DNA from: Okamejei kenojei
Lineage: Eukaryota
Length of the DNA stretch: 64,000 nt
Direction: 5' to 3'
Assembly (NCBI GenBank): GCA_035221665.1
Contig: CM069165.1
Span: 26,350,001 to 26,414,000, forward strand
Shown: positions 41,280 to 52,270 of the stretch, in pieces
Position numbering within the stretch: position 1 is the stretch's first letter
Layout: every line of letters begins with the position of its first letter
Translations under genes and position numbers: made by a program
The notes under the pieces: model-generated
Databases searched by the model: none
Told to the model about the DNA's origin: nothing
Seen by the model: the letters and a program-made list of their open reading frames with translations, nothing else

Positions 41280-41294
41280 GTTTAAACCAGCAAC

Positions 41295-41630
41295 TTAAGG
41301 GGTTGGAAGGCTAGATGCAGGAAGATTGTTCCCGATGTTGGGGAACTCCATAACAAGGGGTCACAGTTTAAGGATAAGGGGGAAGTCTTTTAGGACCGAG
41401 TGTGGTGAGCCTGTGGAATTCTCTGCCACAGAAGGTAGTTGAGGCCAGTTCATTGACTATATTTAAGAGGGAGTTAGATGTGGCCCTTGTGGCTAAAGGG
41501 ATCAGGGGGTACGGAGAGAAGGCAGGTACAGGATACTGAGTTGGATGATCAGCCATGATCATATTGAATGGCGGTGCAGGCTCGAAGGGCCGAATGGCCT
41601 ACTCCTGCACCTATTTTCTATGATTCTATA
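41295..41630 (+). mobile_element. CR1/HER1 3' end
   Basis: RGHSLRIRG..LWNSLPQ followed by the 3'UTR and ttctatga tail; same family at 40258-40455(-), 43545-43812, 54060-54335 and 61575-62065. Confidence 0.9.
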
Positions 41631-42011
41631 ACTGGGGGTTCCATCCCACTCGGTCTCTCTGGAGAAAATGGATATGTGGCGTTTTGGCTCGGGTGTTTTT
41701 TATGATACAAATAAGTCACTCATTTCAAATTAATTAATATTGCCAAACACCCATAGGTATATTTTTTTAGGGTACACAAAAGGCTGGAGAAACTCAGCGG
41801 GTGCAGAAGCATCTAAGGAGCGAAGGAGATGGGCAACGTTTCGGGCCGAAACCCTTCTTCAGTATAATGTCAAACATCCGTAGGTATATATTAAATATAT
41901 GCAAATATCACTAATTTCACATCAGTGTATATTGTCAATCATCTGTAGGTATGTTTTTATATTTGCAAATGTCAAATTAGTGTATATTGTCAAACATCCA
42001 TAGGTATATAT

Positions 42012-42195
42012 ATTTATATATGCAAGTAAGTCACACATTTCAAATGAGTATATATTTTTATATATGCAAGTAAGTCACACATTTCAAATGAGTGTATATT
42101 TTTATATATGCAAGTAAGTCACACATTTCAAATGAGTATATATTTTTATATATGCAAGTAAGTCACACATTTTAAACGAGTGTATATTGTCAAAC
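42012..42195. repeat. ~44-bp minisatellite, about 4 copies
   Basis: Unit tatatatgcaagtaagtcacacatttcaaatgagtatatattttt; degenerate copies extend back to ~41700. Confidence 0.9.
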
Positions 42196-42249
42196 AATAT
42201 TTTACTTATGGAAAAGTTTGAAGGTAAAATAAAAGTTTTAAGCAGGCAG

Positions 42250-42560
42250 CAGCGTGGCCGTGCCCGAGGTGACTTGTTTGACGTGCGAGGGGTCCTTGGC
42301 CCTTTGGCAGCGCGGCGCGGCGGCGGCGGCAGAGATGGTGAGTGAGGGGCGGCCGCCATCCGCCGCCATCCGCGCTCAATCCCCGCCATCCGCCGCCGCG
42401 CCGGCCCCACACCGCCGCCCCCGCCCCGCGCCGCCCCACCGCGGCCGATGCCCGCTCCATTTCATCCCCAGCGCGGCGGATTGTTGGTTTTAATGCGCCC
42501 GCGGCCTGGTCATGAAGGAAGCCTGGGCCTCGGCTGCTGCTGCCGCCGACTGGGGGAGGG
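42250..42560 (+). promoter_or_regulatory. RPS24: RPS24 CpG-island promoter and exon 1
   Basis: CpG-rich; TGACGT at ~42279; short pyrimidine tracts (tcctt, cccttt at ~42293-42305) as candidate TCT/5'TOP start. Confidence 0.8.
42335..42337 (+). CDS. RPS24: RPS24 exon 1 coding part (ATG only)
   Basis: agagATG|gtgagt; vertebrate RPS24 exon 1 contributes only the initiator Met before NDTVTIRT. Confidence 0.9.
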
Positions 42561-42571
42561 AGAGGTGGCTG

Positions 42572-43526
42572 CTGATGCCCTGCCCTCGCTGCAATCTGGG
42601 GTAGAGCCTGAGCCTGGTCTGCTGGTACTGCTGCCACAGACTGGGAACAGGGACAAAGCCTTGGCTACTGTGACTACTACACTGAGGGAGAGCCTGGGCT
42701 ATTAGTGTTGCTGCTGCAGCTACAGACTTGGTTGTTGGCGCCTGGCCTCATCTACTGATGCCCTGCCCTCACTGCAATCTGGGGTAGAGCCTGGTCCTGG
42801 TCTGCTGGTACTGCTGCCACGGACTGGGGCAAAGCCTCGGCTACTGTGACTACTACACTGAGGGAGAGCCTGGGCTATTAGTGTTGCTGCTGCAGCTACA
42901 GACTTGGCTGTTGGTGCCTGGCCTCATCTACTGATGCCCTGCCCTCGCTGTAATCTGGGGTAGAGCCTGGTCTGCTGGTACGACTGCTGGGGACTGGGGC
43001 AAAGCCTCGGCTACTGTGACTACTACAGACTGAGGGAGAGGGGACATTAATACCCCTCCATCTGTTATTTGCACTTTATTAATTTATTAATTAATGTGTG
43101 TATTTAAGTATATAATTGTAGTCAATGCCTACTATGATCTGTTGTGCTATGCAAAGAAAGAATTTCATTGTCCTGTCAGGGACACATGACAATCAACTCT
43201 TTTGACTTTGAGCCTGGGTTACTAGTATTGCTGCTACAGCTACAGACTGAGCAGAACCTCGGTTGTTGGTGCCTGGCCTCATCTACTGATGCCTTGCCCA
43301 TGTTACACACTGGGGCAGAGCCTTGGATGATGCTTCTACAGAGGTGTCTGCTAGTGCTGCTACTGCCGCAGAGCTTTATTTTATGTGCTGTGTGTATTTT
43401 TTGCTTTTCACTTAGTATGGCTATATGGTAACTCAAATTTCACTGTACCTTAAATTGGTACATGTGACAATTAAATTGAATCTTGAATCTGGACTTGGCT
43501 GCTAGTGCCCTGGGTGGCTGCTGATG
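42572..43526. repeat. ~180-bp tandem repeat in RPS24 intron 1, interrupted by two retroposon tails
   Basis: Units begin ctgatgcc at ~42572, 42755, 42931 and ~43286; insertions at ~43041-43209 and ~43375-43490. Confidence 0.85.
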
Positions 43527-43855
43527 TTGTGCAGTTTTGTTCTCCTAATTTGAAGAAGGGCATTCTTGCTATCGAGGGATTGCAGCGTAGGTTCACCGGG
43601 TTAATTCCCGTGATGGCGGAACTGACATATGATGAATGAATGGGTTGACTGGGCTTGTATTCACTAGAGTTTAGAAGGATGCGAGGGGATCTTATAGAAA
43701 CAAATAAAATTCTTACGGGATTGGACAGGCTAGATGCAGGAAAAATGTTCCCCGTGTTGGGGGAGTATAGAACCAGGGGTCACAGTTTAAGAATAAGGGG
43801 TAGGCCATTTAGACAACAGTAAGTAATTGGACTACTGTGTGATTTTGTTTAATAA

Positions 43856-44011
<156 letters not shown>

Positions 44012-44444
44012 TGATATTTTTTGTAATTCCATAAATGCAAGCATCAGGCTGTACCCATTCATTAGTTTCACTGAGTTTATTGATGTGATATCCTACTGCT
44101 TTGGCTTTGCTTGCTTTTTATCGAGAGTCAGAGGTAGAGCTCTTACTTTTCCCTTGGGTCGTCAATAATTGAATAACCAAAGTTTAGATGAACTAAGCAA
44201 AAAATAAAGTGCTGGCTGACCAGGAAGGAAATGGACAGGTGAGGTTTTGGATCAGCATCATTCTTCAGAAGAAATGTCATCTGTTCATTCCCTCCACTGA
44301 TGCGGCCTAACCTGCTGAGTTCCACCAACACTTTATTGTTTTGCGCAGGATTCTAGCATCTAGTTTCCTGTGCAACTTTACACGTAGATGAACTGGACAG
44401 CACAAAACAGAAAGTTTTATAATTCCATCTGCAGCTGGCCAGCT

Positions 44445-44745
44445 GGGGCGGCCCAGTGAAGCAGCGATAGAGTTGTGGCCTTGTAGTGCCAGGTTCCTGG
44501 GTTCGATCCTGACCATGGGTGCAGTCTGTACGGAGTTTGTACGTTCTCCTTGTGAACATGTGCGTTTTCTCCGGATGCTCCAGTTTCCTCCCACGCTCCA
44601 AAGATGTACAGCTTTGAGGGTTAATTGGCTTTGGTGAATTGTAAATTGTCCCTCGTGTAGGGTCGCGTTAGTGTACGGGGTGATCGCAGGTCAGCACAGA
44701 CTCTGTGGGCTGAAGGACCTGTTTCCCTGCTGTGTCTAAAGTCTA
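44445..44745 (+). mobile_element. HE1-type V-SINE
   Basis: B box gggttcgatcc, V-domain and CR1-derived tail. Confidence 0.85.
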
Positions 44746-45389
44746 TCCTAATTCATTATATTCCATATGTGTATCGGCTTCTCCCACCACACCTCCGTTT
44801 CTAGCACTTACCTCCACACTAGAGGCAATTTACAGGAAGCAAATGTCCTCCCAGCCGGCATGTTTTTGAGATGCAGAAGGCAATACAGTCATAGAGAGTG
44901 CAGACTCCTCGCTGAGAGCACCAGAAGTCGGAAATGATCCTGCTTTGCCAGGGCTGTGAGGCAGCCAGTATTTGATTAGGCCTGAAACAGTTGGTTCCTT
45001 ATTACAAATGATTCATTAAGTTTGAAAATTGTACAGGTGTTGTCAATAATTTTGATTCTGTTGCCTTCTAAAGGAAAATGGTGGGGGGGGGGGGGGGGTT
45101 GGTATTTTAAAAAGGCACCTTCGACCAGCTGTGAAGTAGGAGAGAATTACTGCCTTTTGAAGGTAGACAATAAAGCTGGCGAGGCAGCATCTATGGAGCG
45201 AAGGAATAGGCGACATTTCGGGTCGAGAACCTTTTTCATTGCCTTTTGAGGTCATTCTTTGCAGTTTCTAATGTGTTCTCTCTTGAAACAGTCCCCAGCA
45301 TATCTGGGCAGTTCTATACATCTAATTTGATCTTGAAATCATATGTTTTTTTGATTCTGGTCTCACCCATTTTCTAATTTTATACATAG

Positions 45390-45599
45390 GTTGTCGATGT
45401 CCTCCATCCTGGCAAACCTACAGTTCCCAAAACAGAAATCAGGGAAAAGTTAGCAAAAATGTACAAAACAACGCCGGATGTTGTGTTCGTTTTTGGCTTC
45501 AGGACACAGTTTGGAGGAGGCAAAACAACAGGATTTGCCATGGTCTACGATTCCTTGGATTACGCGAAGAAGAATGAACCAAAACACAGGCTAGCAAGG
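45390..45599 (+). CDS. RPS24: RPS24 exon 3 ([14 protein letters not shown]...NEPKHRLAR)
   Basis: 210 bp, catag and gtgaaa sites; [15 protein letters not shown] signature. Confidence 0.98.
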
Positions 45600-45688
45600 G
45601 TGAAAAAGCAAATTATTTACCATTGGAGTTTTAGGAATACATGCTGCTCTCTCTGTATTTTCATTGATTTGTGTCCATTGTTTTTCAG

Positions 45689-45800
45689 CATGGTCTGTTG
45701 GAGAGGAAAAAGGTATCTAGGAAACAGCGAAAAGGAACGAAAGAACAGAATGAAGAAAGTTCGCGGAACAGCTAAAGCTAACGTTGGTGCTGGCAAGAAG
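45689..45800 (+). CDS. RPS24: RPS24 exon 4 ([37 protein letters not shown]), apparent +1 A at 45730-45733
   Basis: tttcag and gtatga sites; 112 nt instead of 111; deleting one A restores the conserved frame. Confidence 0.95.
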
Positions 45801-46187
45801 GTATGAAACTTTGTGGCAATGAAAATTTAATCCTCCTGCATTTTGTGTCACAATTTAGATTCTTATTCTTAGTATTGACCCTGCAGCTATCTGATCAGCT
45901 ACATCCCTATCAGCTTATCCCTGAAATCTCTCCATACATCCCTTGCTGTCTTCCTCCTTACCTCTTCCTAAACCTGTCTCCTTCATTGAACTGTTGGTCC
46001 TCTGTCTTGCTATTTTTATGACTTGCTTCATATTTTGCAATGGTTTTTTACTATGGTTTGTTAGTTTGAAAGTGTTATTGTGTTAAAATTTGTTTGAAGT
46101 GCCGTATTGTCATCTTGAGAACTTTGCTTTTCAGTATTGTCTTTCTTTTTGTTCATGTTTGCTATCTTTTTCTTCTCTGGACCACAG

Positions 46188-46190
46188 AAG
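46188..46190 (+). CDS. RPS24: RPS24 3-nt microexon (AAG, Lys)
   Basis: Long pyrimidine tract then accacag|AAG|gtaaaa; equivalent to the known mammalian 3-nt exon. Confidence 0.8.
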
Positions 46191-46943
46191 GTAAAAGTAT
46201 TTGTACATGTTGAAGCTTCAGTGTTCTGTTCATCAATCACTTTAGATTTTCAACAGCTAAATAGAATCTCTAATACAAACGTGTGTTTTTACAATTGATT
46301 GTTACAGCATTGTGCAATGTGAACATTCATCCCACTGACTCAGTTGTAAAAAGTAGAATGGTTCTGACAATGGGCTTAAAATAATAGATATTGGGGTGTT
46401 GCAGTGTCGTGAGCTGTGAGTCATAACCCGTGATTCGTTTTGGCTCCATGCACCAAATCAATCAACTTCAGCTTTTTGGTTTCAGGACCAGATACATTGA
46501 CAGGTAATGAGTTCCACTGGTGCAAAAATCTTAGAGTTGAAGCTGTACATGTTCTGTCATTGTGGACAGCAGAAGCTCACTCTTGTTTATGGAGAGCTTG
46601 TCTCTTTTTTGGTTTCCCTAGCCTTTTTCCCCCAAAGAGGCTCATCTTAGGGGTTGTGACACCTATTTCTGGAAATGGCTGCCAGGGAAGACTATCCCTG
46701 TATTAACATGCCCTGCTAATTCTTTCACCCCAAAAAAGAATCTGGCAGAATGCTAAATGTGCGACTAGTGGAAGTTTGTCAACTTAAATAGTTGGCAGCT
46801 GTTGCTTTATGCGGTGAATTTTGATGCTCTTAACTGTTTGCCAACTTCTCTTTTTAAGATTTATTTATTTGACTTGTTACTGTATAACGGTCATTAACTT
46901 TGTTTTGCCTCTTTTTAATGCTCTTATGGAATATGTCCTTCAG

Positions 46944-46963
46944 AAATGAAACATCTGTGGCAG
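46944..46963 (+). CDS. RPS24: RPS24 20-nt alternative exon (AAA TGA, Lys-stop)
   Basis: ccttcag|AAATGAAACATCTGTGGCAG|gtactg; same AAATGAA...GCAG frame as the mammalian 18-nt exon. Confidence 0.8.
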
Positions 46964-48784
46964 GTACTGACGCCTATGCATGAGTGTGATGACCTGAACA
47001 GCACGTGACTGATTTGCCTCGCTCAATGTTGCTCCACTTGATGTCTTGCATGCTGTTTTTCTAATGGGATTGGTGGTGGTTTCTGATCAAAGCCAAGCGA
47101 AAAATTATCTGAAACATCTTAATGGTTGAGGCTTGAGTAGTATTGATGAGCTGCATTGATGCCCAGATAGATCCAGGTTTAGTTTCCCCCAAATTAAGTT
47201 AGAAGTAAAGGCCATAGTTACTAAGCTGTTTGGAATTCTAAATAATTACCTTATTGTCCTTGCATAACCTCGACCCAAATATCATGCCAATTCTTGCTGG
47301 TTTTGAGATGGTATGAATAATTTTGATTGAGCTACAGTTTCACTCATCAGAGGCTGGAATTGTGAATGATGCCGCTTTCACAGATTTATACAGTACGAGG
47401 CTACACCATAATTGGAGTTCAGTATAACCGTAATAATTTTCATGCATCATGAAATTGAAGCAAATGTATCTTGTGAATTGGCATTTTGTTCAAAGGCTTC
47501 ACATGGAACTAATTTATGTTTTAATTCATATTAAAGCAAACATTTATTATGTTCCAATTCATATAAAGCTAACATTATACATAATATGTTATGTCTCTTC
47601 TTGTTATGTATAATGTTATACATAACGAGAAGAGAGAAAACTTAGACCCACATATACCTATAGACTTCTATAAAACTGAATTACACTAAAATGAAATTAA
47701 CATAATTAAGTGCAAAGAGTTGAGTGATGCAAGATAAAAATCAGAGTGAACAGAAGCTCTAGAAAGTTGTCCTTGGTTATATAGTGCTGATTGTTTTAAT
47801 TGTAAGGGTTTGAGTTGCTGAGGATGTACATAAAAGATATTAACATGATTTTAAAAAAGTTTGTGGCATTTTGGATAGAATACATTTGTTCTGGCCAATA
47901 TAAATAGTGGAGCAATGGTATTTTTCTGAGATTAAGGTTTATTGTGCAAATTTGTTGTGGGATGGTATTTTATAATGATCATTTGGCGGTATGTTTAGTG
48001 GGTAGGCTACTTGTGTGAAGCCAGGGTTGAGAGTATTTCAATGTGGTCTGTAGCAACTTGGAACAGCAGCTTGTCGGGCCTGTAAAAGCAAGACACAGAG
48101 ATAATATGGTGGTGGCCCGTCGTAGACGATCACAGCACGGTTGTGCAGTCTTGTGTCTTGTGGGATCCGATTGTTTTAAACAATGCTGCTATATTAAAAG
48201 GTTGCGAGGGAAAGATAGATCAGCCATGATTGAATGGTGGGGTAGACTTGAGCGGCCGAATGGCATAATTCTGCTAGAATTTATCAACTTGTATAGCAAA
48301 ATTAATCCTGACCCTCATCTGCAGTTTGGGGTAAAATGGAATACAATGTTTTTTTCATTTTAGGGGCAAACTATGTGCATGCTTTATTTCAAGTTCATCT
48401 TAAAATTAATCCTGTTGTGAAATCTCACTCAAGGCTTTCAATCTTTTGCTTTCTGCTACCTTGTATTAAATTTAATTCCCTTTAGAATGTTTGTAGGTCA
48501 ACAAGCATTTTCTTACAACAATCACTCCGTGTAAGCAATCACTCTTGGAGAGTTCACATTTTGCTTCTTGTTTAAAACACACTAGTCTCAATAATTTGAG
48601 AATGCCTTTTTCTGTCTTGCTTTTGTTTTAAATCATTGTTCTTTCCTGCAAAACTTTCAGTGCCGTAATTTGTCATGCTGGTTTTAATCATTGATTATGT
48701 GTGTGATATTGTACACCAGAGCTGTGACTTTGCAATTTAGATTAAGATTAATATTACTATTCCTATCAATCATGTTTGTGTATA

Positions 48785-48944
48785 CAGGTGGCCCCCTGCG
48801 TTCGAAAAAAATATCTATGCATGCATCAAAAAATGCAATTGGTTAAATATGACGAGATAAAATTTGCCATTTATTTTACAATTTGTGTTCATTTAATTTT
48901 ATTGGGCATCTCAGATAAACTGGCCATAACATGGGGGCCACCTG
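48785..48944. mobile_element. Tigger/pogo-type MITE
   Basis: TA|CAGGTGGCCCCC...GGGGGCCACCTG|TA: 12-bp TIRs with TA TSD. Confidence 0.85.
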
Positions 48945-49045
48945 TAGTGGTTTGTAGAGAAAACATTTCCTCCAATAAATGATGACACAGCAAGAAATAT
49001 TACTCAATGTGGTTATTTTATTTTTCTACATTTTGTTCCCTATAG

Positions 49046-49074
49046 TAACGTGACTTGTGAAGGTTCCTTGAAAT
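49046..49074 (+). other. RPS24: Candidate RPS24 stop-codon exon (starts TAA)
   Basis: ttttgttccctatag|TAACGTG...AAAT|gtgagt (alternative donor after 49062); positionally like the mammalian 22-nt exon that starts with a stop. Confidence 0.5.
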
Positions 49075-49299
49075 GTGAGTATTTGACTGAACTTGCTGAT
49101 TGTTTCATGAGATGGCATAACCTGTTGAAGAAGTATTATTAAATGAAGTGTGGCTACTTGCTGTTTCAAAAAAGTATTTCATAATGGCAAAATGTATGGC
49201 TTTGCTCAATTATTGAGGAGGCAGTCCTGTGCATGACAGAACTCTCAGATAATTGTTGTTTAAGATGCAGACTTTAATTTTATTTATTTTCACCAACAG

Positions 49300-49372
49300 G
49301 CTGATTTAACCATGGATCGTCATCTCTGATTATTTGTCCTCGTGCTCAAATAAATGCTATAAAAATTGGAAA
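49300..49372 (+). other. RPS24: RPS24 terminal exon with poly(A) signal
   Basis: ttttcaccaacag acceptor; in-frame ADLTMDRHL-stop (49300-49329); AATAAA at 49349-49354; GT-rich tract after ~49373. Confidence 0.78.
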
Positions 49373-50375
49373 GTTGTCCTCTCTTGGTTATGTCGTGCTG
49401 ATTTTTTAAAAATGTGTATGAATTTGAGTTGCTGAGGATGTACATAAAAGATATTAACTTATGATAAAAAAAGAAAGGTTTGTGGCATTATTTTGGATAG
49501 AATATATTTGTTCTGGCCAATATAAATAGGGCAGCAATGGTCATTTTCTGAGATTAAGGTTTATTGTGCAAATTTGTTGTGGGATCGTATTTTATAATGA
49601 TCAATTGGCATGCAGCTAATGGGTAGGTTACTTGTGTGAAGCCAGGGAGTCAAGAGTAATTCATTGTGGCCTGTAGCAACATGGAACACCAGCTTATCAG
49701 GCCTGTAAATGCAAGACACAGAGATAATATGGTGGTGGCCCGTCGTAGACAACCACAGCATGGTTGTGCAGTCTCGTGTCTTGTGGGATCCAGTGTGGCT
49801 CAGGAGTCCGATACACGAGCCACACACGCGGGGCAGTGGGAGCACATGATGGCCGCTGTGAGGGGGATTCAGGGCTGCAGCCTTTCCTCCTGTCTTGGGA
49901 AACCAACGAGTCGGCTTCTACGATTGTCTTTAAAACTGTTGACCGCATTCCTAGTGGTTGTACACCAGCCAGTTCTGTCACTGGCACGGGTTTTCTTATA
50001 ATATATAGCAATCAAAAATTCAATAAATTACTGGCTGTAATATTAGGTGGCCTTGGGTAATATTAGGTAGTTACAGGTCAGATTCATGGTTGCTGAGGTT
50101 AGTGTTGTGCAACGTTCAAGAATGTGACGGTTGCTGGGAGTTGCTGTTCTTCAACGTAGTGGGCATGGTTTCCTAGGATCCTGTGCCATCTTCCGGTTGG
50201 TACGAGCAAAATGAAAACATGGCCAGGGTGGTGTGAGTCTTAAATACTGGCTGCCTTTTTGTTGGTTTTATTAGTTTGGGCTACATTTACTGCATCTGTT
50301 CTATAAGGAAAAAAATATTCCAAAAAACTTGACTTTCACTGACATTTGAGGAAGAGAGTTCCAAGCACATGCATA

Positions 50376-50673
50376 CAGTGCCCTCCATAATGTTTGGGAC
50401 AAAGACCCATCATTTATTATTTGCCTCTGCTCCACAATTTGAGATTTGTAATATAAATAATCACATGTGGTTAGAGTGCACATTGTCAGATTTTAATAAA
50501 GGCCATTTTTATACGTTTCGGTTTCACTATGTAGAAATTACAGCAGTGTTTATACATAGTCCCCCATTTCAAGGCACCATAATGCATGGGACACATGGCT
50601 TCACAGGTGTTTGTAATTGCTCGGGTGTGTATAAATGCCTCCTTAATGTAGGTATAAGAGAGCTCTCAGCACC
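50376..50673 (+). mobile_element. Tc1/mariner left end (IR/DR type)
   Basis: TA|CAGTGCCCTCCATAATGTTTGGGACA with an inner repeat ccataatgcatgggaca at ~50577; no transposase or right end. Confidence 0.8.
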
Positions 50674-51819
50674 AAGGCTATGCTGTTGAGTATTTGATAA
50701 AAACAATAACATTCTTACTTGCAGCAACTTAACAGGTTTGCAAACACTACACAATAGATAAAATAAGAAACAAAGAGACAAACACGGGAGTAACTCAGCG
50801 GGACAGGCAGCATCTCTGGAGAGAAGGAATGGGTGACGTTTTGGGTCGAGACCCTTCTTCATTCCTTCTCTCCAGGGATGCTGCGTTACTCCAGCTTTTT
50901 GTGTCTATCTTCGATTTAAACCAGCATCTGCAATTCCTTCCTACATGTAAAAAAACAATCGCTTTTAAAAAATGGCTAAATGTGTAAGGAGGAGCTGCAG
51001 ATGCTGGTTAAACCAAAGACAGACATGAAAAGCTGGATGGAGCGTAAAAATGTTGTTTGTTCAATTAAAACAATATTGTACAAAAGGAGAACCATGGCCA
51101 AAGTGCAAACAAGGCAATTTGTAGTTCGCTGTATGGTTGGAGTTCGGAGCATCCAATAGCCTGATGATGGGAAGAAGCTGCTCCCGAACCTGGACGTTAC
51201 AGTTTTCAAGCTCCTGTACCAACTTCATGACAGCAGGAGCGAAATGAGTGTGTGGCCAGGATGTTGTGGGTCCTTAATGATGCTGGACAGTGGCACAGCG
51301 GGTGACCAGATCAGCTGGTCTGTAAACGGCTCTCATGTCAGATGTGGACTTATCCAATTAACATCTGCTCCCATTTTACTCTTCCTAGCTCTCGCCTAAT
51401 AATGCTTTAATTTGCCCTCCTCCACTTTTAGCACTTTGCCACAAGTTCCAGATTTATCCAGACTATCTTCAAACTTAAGGTATCACTAAGGCTCTATAGA
51501 TTTGATCAGATTATCAATACAGAGAACATGCACTTGCCCTCCCAAATGCACCACCTTCAGGGCATATCCAAGGTATGCAAATAACGGCCACCTGTGGCGC
51601 TGACAAACTGACAAAGTACGCTGGCTTCTCCTTTGTTCTCCCTCCCCCACAAGTTCTCCCCAACACCGGGTGTCCACAGTTCTTCCCCCCCCTCCCCATT
51701 GTTCCCTCCCGCACGGAGGTCTCACCGCGTTGAGTCCGCCATTGTCCTTCCCCTCCCCCTCAGGGCTGTTCCCCCCCACTCTCATCGTCCATATCGCGCA
51801 CAATTGATCCATATCCCTC

Positions 51820-52270
51820 CATTCCCAGTACATCCATGTGTCTTATCAAAAAGTGTCTTAAATGCCACTAACATTGCCTCTACCACCACCTCTGGCAGTG
51901 CTTTCTAGGCCCACACCACCCTCTGTAAAAATACATACATAAAAGCACACCATGGATATCGTTAAATGTTGCCCCTCTCCCCTTAAAGGTATGCCATCTT
52001 GTTTTTGAACACTCCACCCAGGAACAAAAATTCCAGCCTCCTACCCTTCTTAAGCCATTCATTTGTATACTTCTTTCAGGTCACCCCTCAACCTTGGACA
52101 ATCCAAGTATGTCCAATGCCACCTTATAGCGAATACCCTCTAATCCACGCAGCATCCTGGCAAGTCTTTTCTGTACCCTCTACAAAGCCTCCATCTCTTT
52201 CCTATAATGGAACAACCAGAACTGCACACAATACTCCAGATGCTGCCGAACCAAAGTCCTATTAAGCTGC
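51820..52270 (-). mobile_element. CR1 3' fragment
   Basis: Minus strand LVRQHLEYCVQFWL and TRWHTFK motifs. Confidence 0.8.

Noticed and set aside
42012-42195. Regularly spaced repeats resembling a CRISPR array
   Set aside because: Head-to-tail units without unique spacers in a vertebrate genome: a minisatellite.
45459-45806. 115-aa ORF suggesting an intronless or processed RPS24
   Set aside because: It reads through the 89-nt intron 3 and the +1 A; the gene has normal introns.
46986-47086. Possible box C/D snoRNA (GTGATGA...CTGA) in an RPS24 intron
   Set aside because: The terminal stem is out of register and I recognise no rRNA or snRNA complement before the D or D' box; the region is better explained by splicing motifs. 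A snoscan run would settle it.
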